64,000 nucleotides of DNA from Vulcanimicrobiota bacterium (GCA_963820825.1 CAWGBN010000006.1:659670-723669), one strand, 5' to 3'. Numbered from the stretch's first letter, positions 39,267-48,216 are shown. The notes: generated from the sequence alone by a model not told the origin. A program made the numbers and translations.

Positions 39267-40523
39267 ATGAAATTGGCTCGAGTTACAGTCTTCGCATTCC
39301 TGTTCGTCGCGTCGGGCTGTTCAGGGCAAGGAGCACCACCGACCGGTCACGCGGCCGCGCCCGCCCAAATCGCCGGCCCTTCCGAAGCCAAGCATCGCGC
39401 GCCGTACTCGGCGCGCAGGGCCAGTTCCGATCCAACACACGTCTGGCTGCATTACGACTACATGGTCTTCCCGAACGGACTAGACTTGCGAGGCATTGAG
39501 CCGTATTGTTCCAATCCCAGCTATACATGCGTTTTCCCACCTGGTTTCAGCACCGCCCCCGACAAGCAGCAAATCGATAAGGTCATGATGGCGTTCCGCC
39601 ACCAGCACTTGACGTTGCATATCGACCCGCACCATACGGAAATCCCCGGCCTTTACGCCATTCTCGATGACCTCGATGGAAATAATTGGGATTCAAGTCC
39701 CCCTTGCATGGGGCCGAGTTCCGCGAAGTTCAGCGATCTGAAGGCGCAGTACTTTCATCCAAAGGGGAACCGTCCTTGGCACTACACGATCGTGGGATTC
39801 GTTCTCGATTCCCTTGAGGGAGAGTTTGATAACGCCAGCTGCAACGGTGTAGAAGGGGTCGCCGAGCTGCCGGGGTTCGACTTCGAGCTGGGCTTTGGGA
39901 CGCGATACATCATCGGCCTCGGGTTTGGCCCTCCGCAAAACGTTTTTGGCGGCATCCTAATGCACGAACTCGGCCATAACCTCGGCTTGCAACACGGCGG
40001 AGACGAAGACCTGAACTGGAAACCGAACTACCTCAGTGTTATGAACTACCGGTTTCAATTCGGCATTCCGCAAGCTAAGCGTCGCGGCTCGAAGGATCCA
40101 CACGGAGACGACCGAGTCGACTACTCGCCTACCGCGCTCGCCACGCTGGACGAGAATCATTTAAACGAAAATCTTGGGATTGGAGCGGGAACAAAAGACA
40201 TATCATACTATTGGGACTTTTTTGGTTCTCAGGACTGCATCGACTTATATCCATCGCCGGCCGTCCCCGCGGCCACGACGGGCCCGGTTGACTGGAATTG
40301 TGACGGGACTCTGGAGTCGGATATTGCTGACGATCTCATAAGCACGACGGATCAGTACGTTCCCCTCACGACGCTTCACGGATTTAACGACTGGGCCGAG
40401 GTCAAAACCATCTTGAGCCAATCGCCGTCAAGGCTGAGGCCCAAAAGACACGTCGATCCCGGGCCTCAGCTGTCAAGTCGCCAAGTCGGAGTACGCTATC
40501 ACCCTGAGCCTGTCGAAGAGTGA
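39267..40523 (+). CDS. Metzincin-type zinc metalloprotease lipoprotein
   Basis: ASGC lipobox; HELGHNLGLQH; SVMNY Met-turn. Confidence 0.85.
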   Translation: MKLARVTVFAFLFVASGCSGQGAPPTGHAAAPAQIAGPSEAKHRAPYSARRASSDPTHVWLHYDYMVFPNGLDLRGIEPYCSNPSYTCVFPPGFSTAPDKQQIDKVMMAFRHQHLTLHIDPHHTEIPGLYAILDDLDGNNWDSSPPCMGPSSAKFSDLKAQYFHPKGNRPWHYTIVGFVLDSLEGEFDNASCNGVEGVAELPGFDFELGFGTRYIIGLGFGPPQNVFGGILMHELGHNLGLQHGGDEDLNWKPNYLSVMNYRFQFGIPQAKRRGSKDPHGDDRVDYSPTALATLDENHLNENLGIGAGTKDISYYWDFFGSQDCIDLYPSPAVPAATTGPVDWNCDGTLESDIADDLISTTDQYVPLTTLHGFNDWAEVKTILSQSPSRLRPKRHVDPGPQLSSRQVGVRYHPEPVEE

Positions 40524-40538
40524 CCCGTCCGCAGCACG

Positions 40539-40615
40539 ACGATCTTAGCGAGTCGGCAAGGTCGCACTTCTATTCGGATGGCTTCTGGGTGCAAGATGCG
40601 ACGTGGCGGATGCGC
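40539..40615 (+). pseudogene. Tyrosine integrase relic, part 2
   Basis: TILASRQGRTSIRMA resembles the xxRLGHSSIxxT box. Confidence 0.5.
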
Positions 40616-40767
40616 GGCGTACACAATACTGCACCAAGCAATGGGAACGCTAATCGGGAGATCGTTAGCTATTGTCCTAAGATTGTCGTAAATAGGAGCC
40701 GGCCGGCTATGAAGTTCCTTTGCCAAGAGCCTATCTGATAAGAGATCTTCCCGGCACTGCCTAAGGC

Positions 40768-40792
40768 GACTCGAACGCCTGACCCCTTACAT
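40768..40792 (-). repeat. Degenerate tRNA-Ala internal fragment
   Basis: GACTCGAACGCCTGACCCCTTACAT versus GACTCGAACCCCCGACCCCTTACAT. Confidence 0.7.
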
Positions 40793-40871
40793 CAATTGTA
40801 AGTGGTCTCCATTTCCTCCCCGGGACGGCGAAGGCAAACGCAAAAAGTCCCGTAAAATAGGGCCCTTTTGT

Positions 40872-40947
40872 TGGTGGAGATGGGGGGACTCGAACCCCCG
40901 ACCCCTTACATGCGAAGCAAGTGCTCTACCAGCTGAGCTACATCCCC
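40872..40947 (-). tRNA. tRNA-Ala(CGC)
   Basis: 76 nt GGGGATGTAGCTCAGCTGGTAGAGCA...TTCGCAT...GGTTCGAGTCC...CTCCACCA; G3:U70 pair; encoded CCA. Confidence 0.97.
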
Positions 40948-41008
40948 ACGGGGCCGCGTCGGCGACCTGGAGGATTGTACGTGCCGCGCTGGGCACCTGT
41001 CAAAGCAG

Positions 41009-41662
41009 ATGAGCAAGCTTCCGTATGTTGCGTTCGCCGTCGTCTGCGTCGCGATTCCGTTCTCGCGACCCGCCGCCGCACTCTCCGCGGCGCCGGTGGA
41101 AGTCGCCGCGACCCGATGCAACGGTCAAACGATCGACGACGCCTCGGGGCGAGTGCGCGACTACGATCGTCACGCGCCGGGCAATAGCTCCGCTGCGCTC
41201 GTGGTGCGATACGGCGCGCTCGCTGAGGTCATCTCGGTGCTCAACGAAGAGCACGAGATCCTTAACAACATCTGCTCGTCCGACGCGCAAAAAGCGCCGT
41301 TTTTCGCGCAAATCGCGGCGACCTCGGCGTGGGCGCTGGTCTTGCAGGCCGACCTGGCGGCGCGGCTCAACGCATCGTGTCCGGCCGGTGCGAAAGCACT
41401 GCCGACGATGATGATCGCCGACGCATGGCTCGCGCTTGCCAACGTCGTCAACGACGAGGACGGCAACGTCCCGCCGGCCTTCGCGAACGTGATCCCCAAG
41501 GTTCAGACGCGCGCGCAGACCCTCGGCCTTGCGCTGCCGGCGTGGCCGGAGACGTCGGCATACTGGCGCGACCAAGTTCACGCCGCCGCGAAGACCCAGG
41601 TCGCCGCCTGTCCCTCACCGAGCCCTTCGCCGAGCCCGTCCGCGGCGGTGTCGCCGCCGTAG
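41009..41662 (+). CDS. Exported helical hypothetical protein with PS-repeat tail
   Basis: Signal peptide, four Cys, PSPSPSPSPS tail. Confidence 0.7.
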   Translation: MSKLPYVAFAVVCVAIPFSRPAAALSAAPVEVAATRCNGQTIDDASGRVRDYDRHAPGNSSAALVVRYGALAEVISVLNEEHEILNNICSSDAQKAPFFAQIAATSAWALVLQADLAARLNASCPAGAKALPTMMIADAWLALANVVNDEDGNVPPAFANVIPKVQTRAQTLGLALPAWPETSAYWRDQVHAAAKTQVAACPSPSPSPSPSAAVSPP

Positions 41663-41665
41663 GAT

Positions 41666-41684
41666 TTTGCGAATAGTTCGCAAA
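41666..41684. promoter_or_regulatory. Fur/Zur-type operator palindrome TTTGCGAA-TAG-TTCGCAAA
   Basis: Perfect 8-3-8 inverted repeat immediately upstream of the Fur-family gene. Confidence 0.7.
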
Positions 41685-41695
41685 TAATCTCGCCC

Positions 41696-42088
41696 ATGGG
41701 TACCCGGGCGGATTACGTCACACGTCCGCGCGAGATGATCGCGACGATCCTCAAGCGCGAGCCGCGCTTTCTTTCTGCTGCGACGATTCATCAGCGGCTT
41801 AAGCGCGCCGGCGCGCGCGTCTCACTCTCGACGGTCTATCGCACGCTCGATCGACTGCGCGCCAAGAACGAAGTGACCGAGCGCGCCGATGCCGACGGCG
41901 AGGCGACCTTCATGCTTTGCGAGCCGGCGCATCACCACCATCATGCGATCTGCGGCGAATGCGGGCGCGTCGAAGACGTCGATTGCACCGCGATCGAGCA
42001 GTTCGCCGAATCGCTGCGCGCGCTCCACGCCTTCGAGCTCGACGGGCACGCAATGGAGTTTTTCGGCCGGTGCCGAGCGTGCCAATGA
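41696..42088 (+). CDS. Fur-family regulator, probably Zur
   Basis: SLSTVYRTL, HHHHAICGECG, FFGRCRAC; heads a metal ABC operon. Confidence 0.9.
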   Translation: MGTRADYVTRPREMIATILKREPRFLSAATIHQRLKRAGARVSLSTVYRTLDRLRAKNEVTERADADGEATFMLCEPAHHHHHAICGECGRVEDVDCTAIEQFAESLRALHAFELDGHAMEFFGRCRACQ

Positions 42089-42969
42089 GAGGTATCCTCG
42101 CCTTCGCGTTGCTTTGCTCTGCAGTCGCGTGCTCGCACACCGTTCGACAGGCTCAGGGTGAGAACATAGCGACGAGCCATAAAGTCGTAGTCGCTACGAC
42201 GATCTCGACGCTCAACTCGTTCGTGCAGGGCGTCGGCGGCGAACACGTGACGGTAAAGAACATCGTCCCGATCGGCGCGTCACCCGAAACCTTCGCGCCG
42301 ACGCCGCAAGACGTCGCAACGGTCGCCGATGCAAACCTGCTCGTCGAGAACGGCGCCGGGCTCGAATCCTGGCTCGACCGGCTGCTGCGCGATGCCGGCG
42401 CGAACGGGCTGCGCGTCGTTGTCTGTACCGACGGATTGCCGGTAAAGAATCTCAACCCGCATCTCTGGATGGATCCGGTCCTCGCGAAGCGTTACGTGGC
42501 CAAGATCCGCGACGCACTTGTCGTAATCGACCCCATGCATGCCGCCGACTACCGGAGCAACGCGGCGGCATACGACGCGCGGCTCGACGACCTGACGAAG
42601 CGGATTCGGGCGAAGATCGCCACGATACCGCCGTCGCGCCGCTATATGATCGTCTTTCACAATGCCTGGCTCTACTACAACGCGCGCTTCGGTATCACGA
42701 CGTTGGGCTTCGTGGAGCGCAACCCCGGACAAGAGCCGAACCCCCAGCAGATCGCCCAGCTCATCGATCTCGCCAAGGCACACAACGTCAGCGCGGTCTT
42801 CAGCGAACCGGAGTATAGCTCGAAGCTCCTCTACTCGATCGCGCAGGGCGCCGGCGTCAAGGTCGTCGAGAATCTCTACGACGACTCCGTGGGCACCGAT
42901 CCGCGCGTCGCCAACTACGTCGCCATGCTCACGTACGACACCAACGCGATCGTGGATGCGCTGAAGTGA
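42085..42969 (+). CDS. Zn/Mn ABC transporter substrate-binding lipoprotein (ZnuA-like)
   Basis: AVAC lipobox, NGAGLE, NPHLWMDP, FHNAW. Confidence 0.9.
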   Translation: MRGILAFALLCSAVACSHTVRQAQGENIATSHKVVVATTISTLNSFVQGVGGEHVTVKNIVPIGASPETFAPTPQDVATVADANLLVENGAGLESWLDRLLRDAGANGLRVVVCTDGLPVKNLNPHLWMDPVLAKRYVAKIRDALVVIDPMHAADYRSNAAAYDARLDDLTKRIRAKIATIPPSRRYMIVFHNAWLYYNARFGITTLGFVERNPGQEPNPQQIAQLIDLAKAHNVSAVFSEPEYSSKLLYSIAQGAGVKVVENLYDDSVGTDPRVANYVAMLTYDTNAIVDALK

Positions 42970-43757
42970 TGCAAGAAGCGGTTGTGGCGCGCGATCTCGT
43001 GGTGCGCTACGAGGATTTTACCGCGCTCATCGGCGCGACGTTCACCGCGAATTACGGCGAAGCGCTCGGCATCGTCGGACCGAACGGCTCCGGAAAGTCG
43101 ACGCTGCTCAAGACCATTGCCGGGCTCTTGCAGCCGGCGACCGGTGAGCTGCGGGTGCTCGGCTCGCAGCCGCGCAAGCTCGTCCCCGGAACGATCGCCT
43201 ACGTTCCGCAAGTCGAGGCCGTCGACTGGTCCTTTCCGGCCACGGTTTGGGACGTCGTGGCGATGGGCCGATTTGCGCGCCTGCGCTTTTGGCAGCATTT
43301 CGGAACGCACGATCGCGTTGCGGTGCGTCGGGCGCTCGAGCAAGTCCACATGACGGCACTGGCCGGCCGGCATATCGCAAACCTCTCCGGCGGGCAGCAG
43401 CAGCGTGCCTTCGTCGCGCGGGCAATCGCGCAGGAACCGCAGCTCTTGCTGCTCGACGAGCCGACGACCGGAGTCGATGCAGCGACGGAAGAGGCGCTCC
43501 GTCGCATCGTCCGCGAGCTCGTTGCCGGCGGATTGCCGGTGCTGATGGCCACCCACGATCTCGACCGCGTCGACGAGTGGTTCGACCGGCTGCTCGTCGT
43601 CGATCGCCGCGTGCTCGCGCTTGGCTCGCCGGACGAGGTCGTGGAGTCGGGCGCCTATAGTGCGATTCGCGAGCATACCCACACCCACGGCCATCTGCGC
43701 CTCGATCACGAGCCGCACGATGCCCATGCCGCGCACCCGGAATTGCATCCACACTAG
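42969..43757 (+). CDS. Zn/Mn ABC transporter ATP-binding protein (ZnuC-like)
   Basis: GPNGSGKST, LSGGQQQR, LLDEP; His-rich tail. Confidence 0.92.
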   Translation: MQEAVVARDLVVRYEDFTALIGATFTANYGEALGIVGPNGSGKSTLLKTIAGLLQPATGELRVLGSQPRKLVPGTIAYVPQVEAVDWSFPATVWDVVAMGRFARLRFWQHFGTHDRVAVRRALEQVHMTALAGRHIANLSGGQQQRAFVARAIAQEPQLLLLDEPTTGVDAATEEALRRIVRELVAGGLPVLMATHDLDRVDEWFDRLLVVDRRVLALGSPDEVVESGAYSAIREHTHTHGHLRLDHEPHDAHAAHPELHPH

Positions 43758-43759
43758 CC

Positions 43760-44590
43760 GTGGAAGTATTAACGGCCCCCTTTCATTACGCGTTCATGCA
43801 GCGCGCCTTCGTCGCGGCGCTGACGGTTGGTCTGCTCTGCTCGACGATGGGCACCTATGTGATCCTGCGGCGGCTCTCGTTTATCGGCGACGGCATCGCG
43901 CACGCCTCGTTTGCGGGAATCGTGATCGCGTATCTGCGCGGCGCGAACTTCTACATCGGAGCCGGAATCGTTGCCGTGCTCACCGCGATCGGCATCGGAT
44001 TCGTCCATCGCCGCGGACGCATCTCGCTCGATACGACGATCGGCGTGCTCTTCACCGGTATGTTCGCACTCGGCGTTTACCTCATGAGCCAGCAGCGCAG
44101 CTACGCGGTCGACTTGCAGAGCTTTCTTTTCGGCGACATTCTCGCCGTGCAGCCGCAGGATCTCTGGCTGATCGTCGCGCTGAGCGTCATCGTCGCCGCG
44201 GGAGTCGTCGTGCTCTTTCGCGGGTTGCTCTATACCACGTTCGATCCCGTCGTCGCCGAAGCGAGCGGCATCGCGGCGCCGGCCTACGAGTACGCCTTGC
44301 TCGTCATGCTCGCGTTGACCATCGTCGTCGCACTGCAGGCGGTGGGAATCGTCCTCGTCGCGGCGTTGCTCGTCACGCCGGCGGCCGCGGCCTATCAGCT
44401 CACCTCGCGCTTTGCGCCGATGATGGCGCTCGCCGCGGTGCTCGGCGCCGCGAGCTCGGTCGGCGGGCTCTATCTCTCGTATTACGTGCGCGCCTCGAGC
44501 GGCGCCACGATCGTGCTGCTCGCGACGCTGCTCTTCTTTGCCGCGATCGTCGTGAAGCGCCTACGCCGACTTACTGCACGCGCAACGTGA
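43760..44590 (+). CDS. Zn/Mn ABC transporter permease (ZnuB-like)
   Basis: GDGIAHASFAG, LFGDIL, TFDP. Confidence 0.92.
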   Translation: MEVLTAPFHYAFMQRAFVAALTVGLLCSTMGTYVILRRLSFIGDGIAHASFAGIVIAYLRGANFYIGAGIVAVLTAIGIGFVHRRGRISLDTTIGVLFTGMFALGVYLMSQQRSYAVDLQSFLFGDILAVQPQDLWLIVALSVIVAAGVVVLFRGLLYTTFDPVVAEASGIAAPAYEYALLVMLALTIVVALQAVGIVLVAALLVTPAAAAYQLTSRFAPMMALAAVLGAASSVGGLYLSYYVRASSGATIVLLATLLFFAAIVVKRLRRLTARAT

Positions 44591-45437
44591 ACGGTGCCGT
44601 GTAGATGCGGTCGCCGCCGCGGAACTGAACCCAGAGCTTGTAAAGGCCCGACGGAAGCGCCGGAACCGACATCTCCAGTAGCGGTCCGGCCGGTGCGCCG
44701 CTCATCTCCATCTTCGCATCGGAGTTCATGTTCATCTCCATGCCGGCGCCGCGAACGGTCGGATGGACGTGGACGTAGACCAGGGAGCGCGTATTGATGA
44801 AGACGCAATGCGCGGCGGCGCCGAGGTAGGTGCCGAGATCGTCGGCCTGCTTGGCGCCCTTGAGAATCGTGATATTGATCCGCTGCGGCCGATCTGCGGC
44901 AAGGGAAGTCGTGGCGAGCGTTACGGTATATGCGCCCGCGGCGACGCTCGACGCCAGGCTGCCGGTAGGAGGCGGCGCGGTCGCGACGGTACCACTGCCG
45001 TCCAGCGTGAAGCGAAAGACTTGCTGTCCGATGCCCTTGGGCGTCGTATCGGCGTAGACGTAGTAGCGGTGATTCGGTTCCTTGGTGAAGGGTTGCCAAA
45101 ACGTGCCGTCGGTTGCGTCGAAGGACGGATGGAGATGCGCGAACGTTGCGAAGTCGTCGCGAATCACGACGAGGTGCATCAACCGCTGCATGTCGATCTC
45201 GTAGCTGAGAATCGGTTTACCATCCGGCTGGAACTGACGAATCTTTAGGGTCGCGTTCAAGCCGCTCTCGTGATCGGTCCAGAACTTCGAGTCGATTTTC
45301 GGCAAGCCGCCGAGCAGCGCAAAGACGCCCGATTGCTCGACGCCACTCTTCGCCGCAGCGATGCCGCAGAGCGACACCGCCGTCAGCGCACCGGCAACGA
45401 GCATGCCGCTCAATCGGCGGCGCGTACGACTCTCCAC
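44571..45437 (-). CDS. Exported His/Met-motif putative heavy-metal-binding protein
   Basis: MHLVVI, FAHLHP, YLGAAAH, YVHVHP and a Met-rich loop. Confidence 0.7.
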   Translation of the reverse strand: MESRTRRRLSGMLVAGALTAVSLCGIAAAKSGVEQSGVFALLGGLPKIDSKFWTDHESGLNATLKIRQFQPDGKPILSYEIDMQRLMHLVVIRDDFATFAHLHPSFDATDGTFWQPFTKEPNHRYYVYADTTPKGIGQQVFRFTLDGSGTVATAPPPTGSLASSVAAGAYTVTLATTSLAADRPQRINITILKGAKQADDLGTYLGAAAHCVFINTRSLVYVHVHPTVRGAGMEMNMNSDAKMEMSGAPAGPLLEMSVPALPSGLYKLWVQFRGGDRIYTAPFTLRVQ

Positions 45438-46519
45438 GTTTCCTCCTCCACGCGTTCGAGATAGCCGCCCGACTCGAGGGCTTCGAGCGCCTCGCGCAGC
45501 GCGGCACGTTCGTTCTTATTCGGCATTCCGGCCCAGCGCATCGCCAGCGCGTTGAGCTCGAGCGTCGAATCGGGTACGAGCACTTCGCGCAAGAAGTTCG
45601 GCGAAAGCTTGACGCGTTCCATTCGCCGCGCGACGGGTTCGAGCGCTGCGTCAAATGTCGTACTCTTTTCCGGCCCTGCGCCCTTCGACTGCGCGCCCTT
45701 CGACGAGTTCGGGACGCTCCGCTCAGGATGACAACGGTCGGCGGGCTCGGCGATTCGGCGGGCGGTGAAGCGGCCGACGACGACCGGATCGGCAAGCGTC
45801 CCCGACCACTCGCCCAGTGCGGCGAAGGCCGTCTGCCATGGAACGGCGTTGACGACCGCGCGGCGGCGCGTCACGCCACGGAGAATCGCGCGTGCGACGT
45901 GTTCGGCCGTCGCGACTCCGGGCGGGCGTGCTACGCCCAGCCGCTCGTGAAACTCGGTCGCGACGACGCCGGGATCGACGTAAGTAACGCCGACCGCGCG
46001 CGGACGCAGCTCGCGCCGTAACTGAATCGCCGCGGCGCGAATCGCGGCCTTCGCAAGCGCGTAGCCGCCCTGTTGCGCCAGGGGCACTCGCGCGACGCCC
46101 GAGCCGACGAAGATGAGTTGTCCGCGCGTCGCTTCGAGATGCGCGAGCGCGGCCCGGGCAAGGCGCAGCGGCGCCGCGACGTGCACCTCCCACGACGCCG
46201 CAAGCGCGGCATCGCTTTGCTCGAGCAGAAATCCGTAGCCGCCGCCGCCGGCATTGTTGACGACCACGTCGACGCGCCCAAACGCGCGGACCGCCCCATC
46301 GACGAGGCGTGCCGGCATCTCGCGCGCCGTGATGTCGCCGGAGATTGCGACGGCGCTCCCTCCCGCGGCCGCAATTGCGGCCGCAACCTCTTGTAGCCGA
46401 GACTCGCGCCGCGCCGAGATGACGACGCGATAACCGTTACTCGCTGCCGCAACGGCGAGAGCGCGACCGATGCCGGAGCTTGCACCGGTGACGATCATCG
46501 CGCGCGAATCTTCAGGCAT
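45410..46519 (-). CDS. SDR oxidoreductase with extra C-terminal domain
   Basis: TGASSGIG, NNAG, YALAK; about 100 aa C-terminal extension. Confidence 0.88.
   Translation of the reverse strand: MPEDSRAMIVTGASSGIGRALAVAAASNGYRVVISARRESRLQEVAAAIAAAGGSAVAISGDITAREMPARLVDGAVRAFGRVDVVVNNAGGGGYGFLLEQSDAALAASWEVHVAAPLRLARAALAHLEATRGQLIFVGSGVARVPLAQQGGYALAKAAIRAAAIQLRRELRPRAVGVTYVDPGVVATEFHERLGVARPPGVATAEHVARAILRGVTRRRAVVNAVPWQTAFAALGEWSGTLADPVVVGRFTARRIAEPADRCHPERSVPNSSKGAQSKGAGPEKSTTFDAALEPVARRMERVKLSPNFLREVLVPDSTLELNALAMRWAGMPNKNERAALREALEALESGGYLERVEEETWRVVRAAD
45681..45733 (-). repeat. REP-like element inside the SDR coding sequence
   Basis: TGTCATCCTGAGCGGAGCGTCCCGAACTCGTCGAAGGGCGCGCAGTCGAAGGG, translating as CHPERSVPNSSKGAQSKG. 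Confidence 0.55.
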
Positions 46520-47684
46520 GTGTATCGCAATATGCGCGGTACTCGGCCGCAATGCTCGCGGGGAGTCCCGCGTAATGCTCCGCTTCGTTCGCGATCGGCG
46601 GCGGCATCGGTTCGACCGTCGATCGCGCTTCACTCGCAAACCTTGCCAGCCGCTGCGCGACCGGCTTGGCGCTCCCGTCGCTGCGCACGATTCCGAAACG
46701 GAGCTCGTGCGGCGCGCGGTCGAAGGGCGGAAGCGAGGCGAGCGACGGATCGTAATCTGCCCAGCACCACCAAAACGCGCCGAGCGCGCCGCGAGCGTGA
46801 AGCCGTTCGAGCACCGCTGACGCATACTGCGCCATCTCGTCTTCGTTCAGGCACGCGAATCCATCGATGCGATCGACGCCCGGCGGACACTCCGGATTTC
46901 CAAACTCGCTGAAGAGCACCGGCTTTCCGCTGAACGACTGTTGCAGCTGGCACAGGAACGGAACGACGTTGGGGTCGAGACGGTCGCGCGCAAAGCCGCT
47001 GTAGACCGAGTAGCCGTGCATCGTCGCGAAGATCCACGTTTGCGCGATGCTCGAGGGACGCAGCCGGCGATCGTGATCGAAATCCTCGCCGTGCATCCCG
47101 CCGCTCACGCCGGCACCGGAGGTTTCGATCAGCGCGGCGGTCAAGCGCGCGCTCCACTCGGCGGCGTCCTGCGGCGTCGCCGGCTCGCGCAGATTGGAGA
47201 ACTCGTTGCCGAGATCCCACGCGAGCAGCGCGGGATGGTCGCGCATCCGTTCGCCGACGCGCCGTGCGAAGAGGAGCTGCGCGGCAACGAGACTGGGATC
47301 CGCGTAGAAGTCGCCGATTCCGCGGTCGACGATCGCGTCGCCGGCGATGGTGCGGAAACGTCGCGACGAGCTTTCTCGCTCGAGCGTCCAACGCGGCAGC
47401 CAGTTCACCCCGCTCATGTGACCGCAGAAGAGCGTCGGCATCGCGCGCATTCCGGCGCCGGCGATCCGGTCCATAATCGCGTCGAAGCGGCGCAGCGCGC
47501 CGGCGTCCATCGTCGCCGGCGTCGGTTGAAACGCATCCCACATGAGGAAGAAGCGCACGACGTCGAGCCCGAACGATTTCATCCGCACGATATCCTCGCC
47601 GATCTCTTCGATGTCGAAGCGTTGCCACATATACATCGCGCTGCGCCGCGGCCAATAGTTGATGCCGAGAAGAAAGCGTGGCAT
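46512..47684 (-). CDS. Clan GH-A glycoside hydrolase (GH5-like)
   Basis: GINYWPR, WDLGNE, SEFG; start MPRFLLG. Confidence 0.85.
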   Translation of the reverse strand: MPRFLLGINYWPRRSAMYMWQRFDIEEIGEDIVRMKSFGLDVVRFFLMWDAFQPTPATMDAGALRRFDAIMDRIAGAGMRAMPTLFCGHMSGVNWLPRWTLERESSSRRFRTIAGDAIVDRGIGDFYADPSLVAAQLLFARRVGERMRDHPALLAWDLGNEFSNLREPATPQDAAEWSARLTAALIETSGAGVSGGMHGEDFDHDRRLRPSSIAQTWIFATMHGYSVYSGFARDRLDPNVVPFLCQLQQSFSGKPVLFSEFGNPECPPGVDRIDGFACLNEDEMAQYASAVLERLHARGALGAFWWCWADYDPSLASLPPFDRAPHELRFGIVRSDGSAKPVAQRLARFASEARSTVEPMPPPIANEAEHYAGLPASIAAEYRAYCDTHA

Positions 47685-47724
47685 ATCAAAGGGTGTTCGC
47701 GGGACGGGGCGAAGCGCCTCGGCA

Positions 47725-48216
47725 ATGGCGCAAGCGGACGAAAAGCCGATCGTCGGCATCATCATGGGGAGCCGGTCGGATTGGAAGACGATGTCGGCCG
47801 CGCGCGACACGCTCGCCGAACTCGAGATTCCGTGCGAAGTGCGCGTCGTCTCGGCGCATCGCATGCCCGACGAAATGTTCGAATACGCGGCCTCGGCAGC
47901 GCAGCGCGGTCTCGTTGCGATTATCGCGGGCGCCGGCGGCGCGGCGCATCTTCCCGGCATGACCGCTGCAAAGACCCTCGTCCCGGTGATCGGCGTGCCG
48001 GTCGAGTCGACGCGCGCCGCAAGCCTCGATTCGCTGCTCTCGATCGCGCAGATGCCGCCGGGCGTTCCGGTGGCGACGATGGCCATCGGCGGTGCGGTCA
48101 ACGCCGCGCTCTTCGCCGCCCGCATCGTCGCGCTGCGCGAGGACGGCGTCGCTCGACGCCTCGCCGCGTACGTGCAGCGCATGCACGACGCAGCAGCCTC
48201 CAGCACGCTCGATTGA
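47725..48216 (+). CDS. purE: N5-CAIR mutase
   Basis: IIMGSRSD, SAHRMP, AGGAAHLPGM, QMPPGVPVAT. Confidence 0.95.
   Translation: MAQADEKPIVGIIMGSRSDWKTMSAARDTLAELEIPCEVRVVSAHRMPDEMFEYAASAAQRGLVAIIAGAGGAAHLPGMTAAKTLVPVIGVPVESTRAASLDSLLSIAQMPPGVPVATMAIGGAVNAALFAARIVALREDGVARRLAAYVQRMHDAAASSTLD

Larger units (their letters stand above)
38101..40916. mobile_element. Decayed tRNA-Ala integrative element (proximal)
   Basis: From tRNA fragment to intact tRNA; TA-like pair, split integrase relic, protease cargo, arm repeats at both ends. Confidence 0.75.

Noticed and set aside
31536..40947. CRISPR array or integron attC cassettes
   Set aside because: The repeats are tRNA-derived and irregularly spaced kilobases apart; no cas or intI gene and no attC structure was seen.
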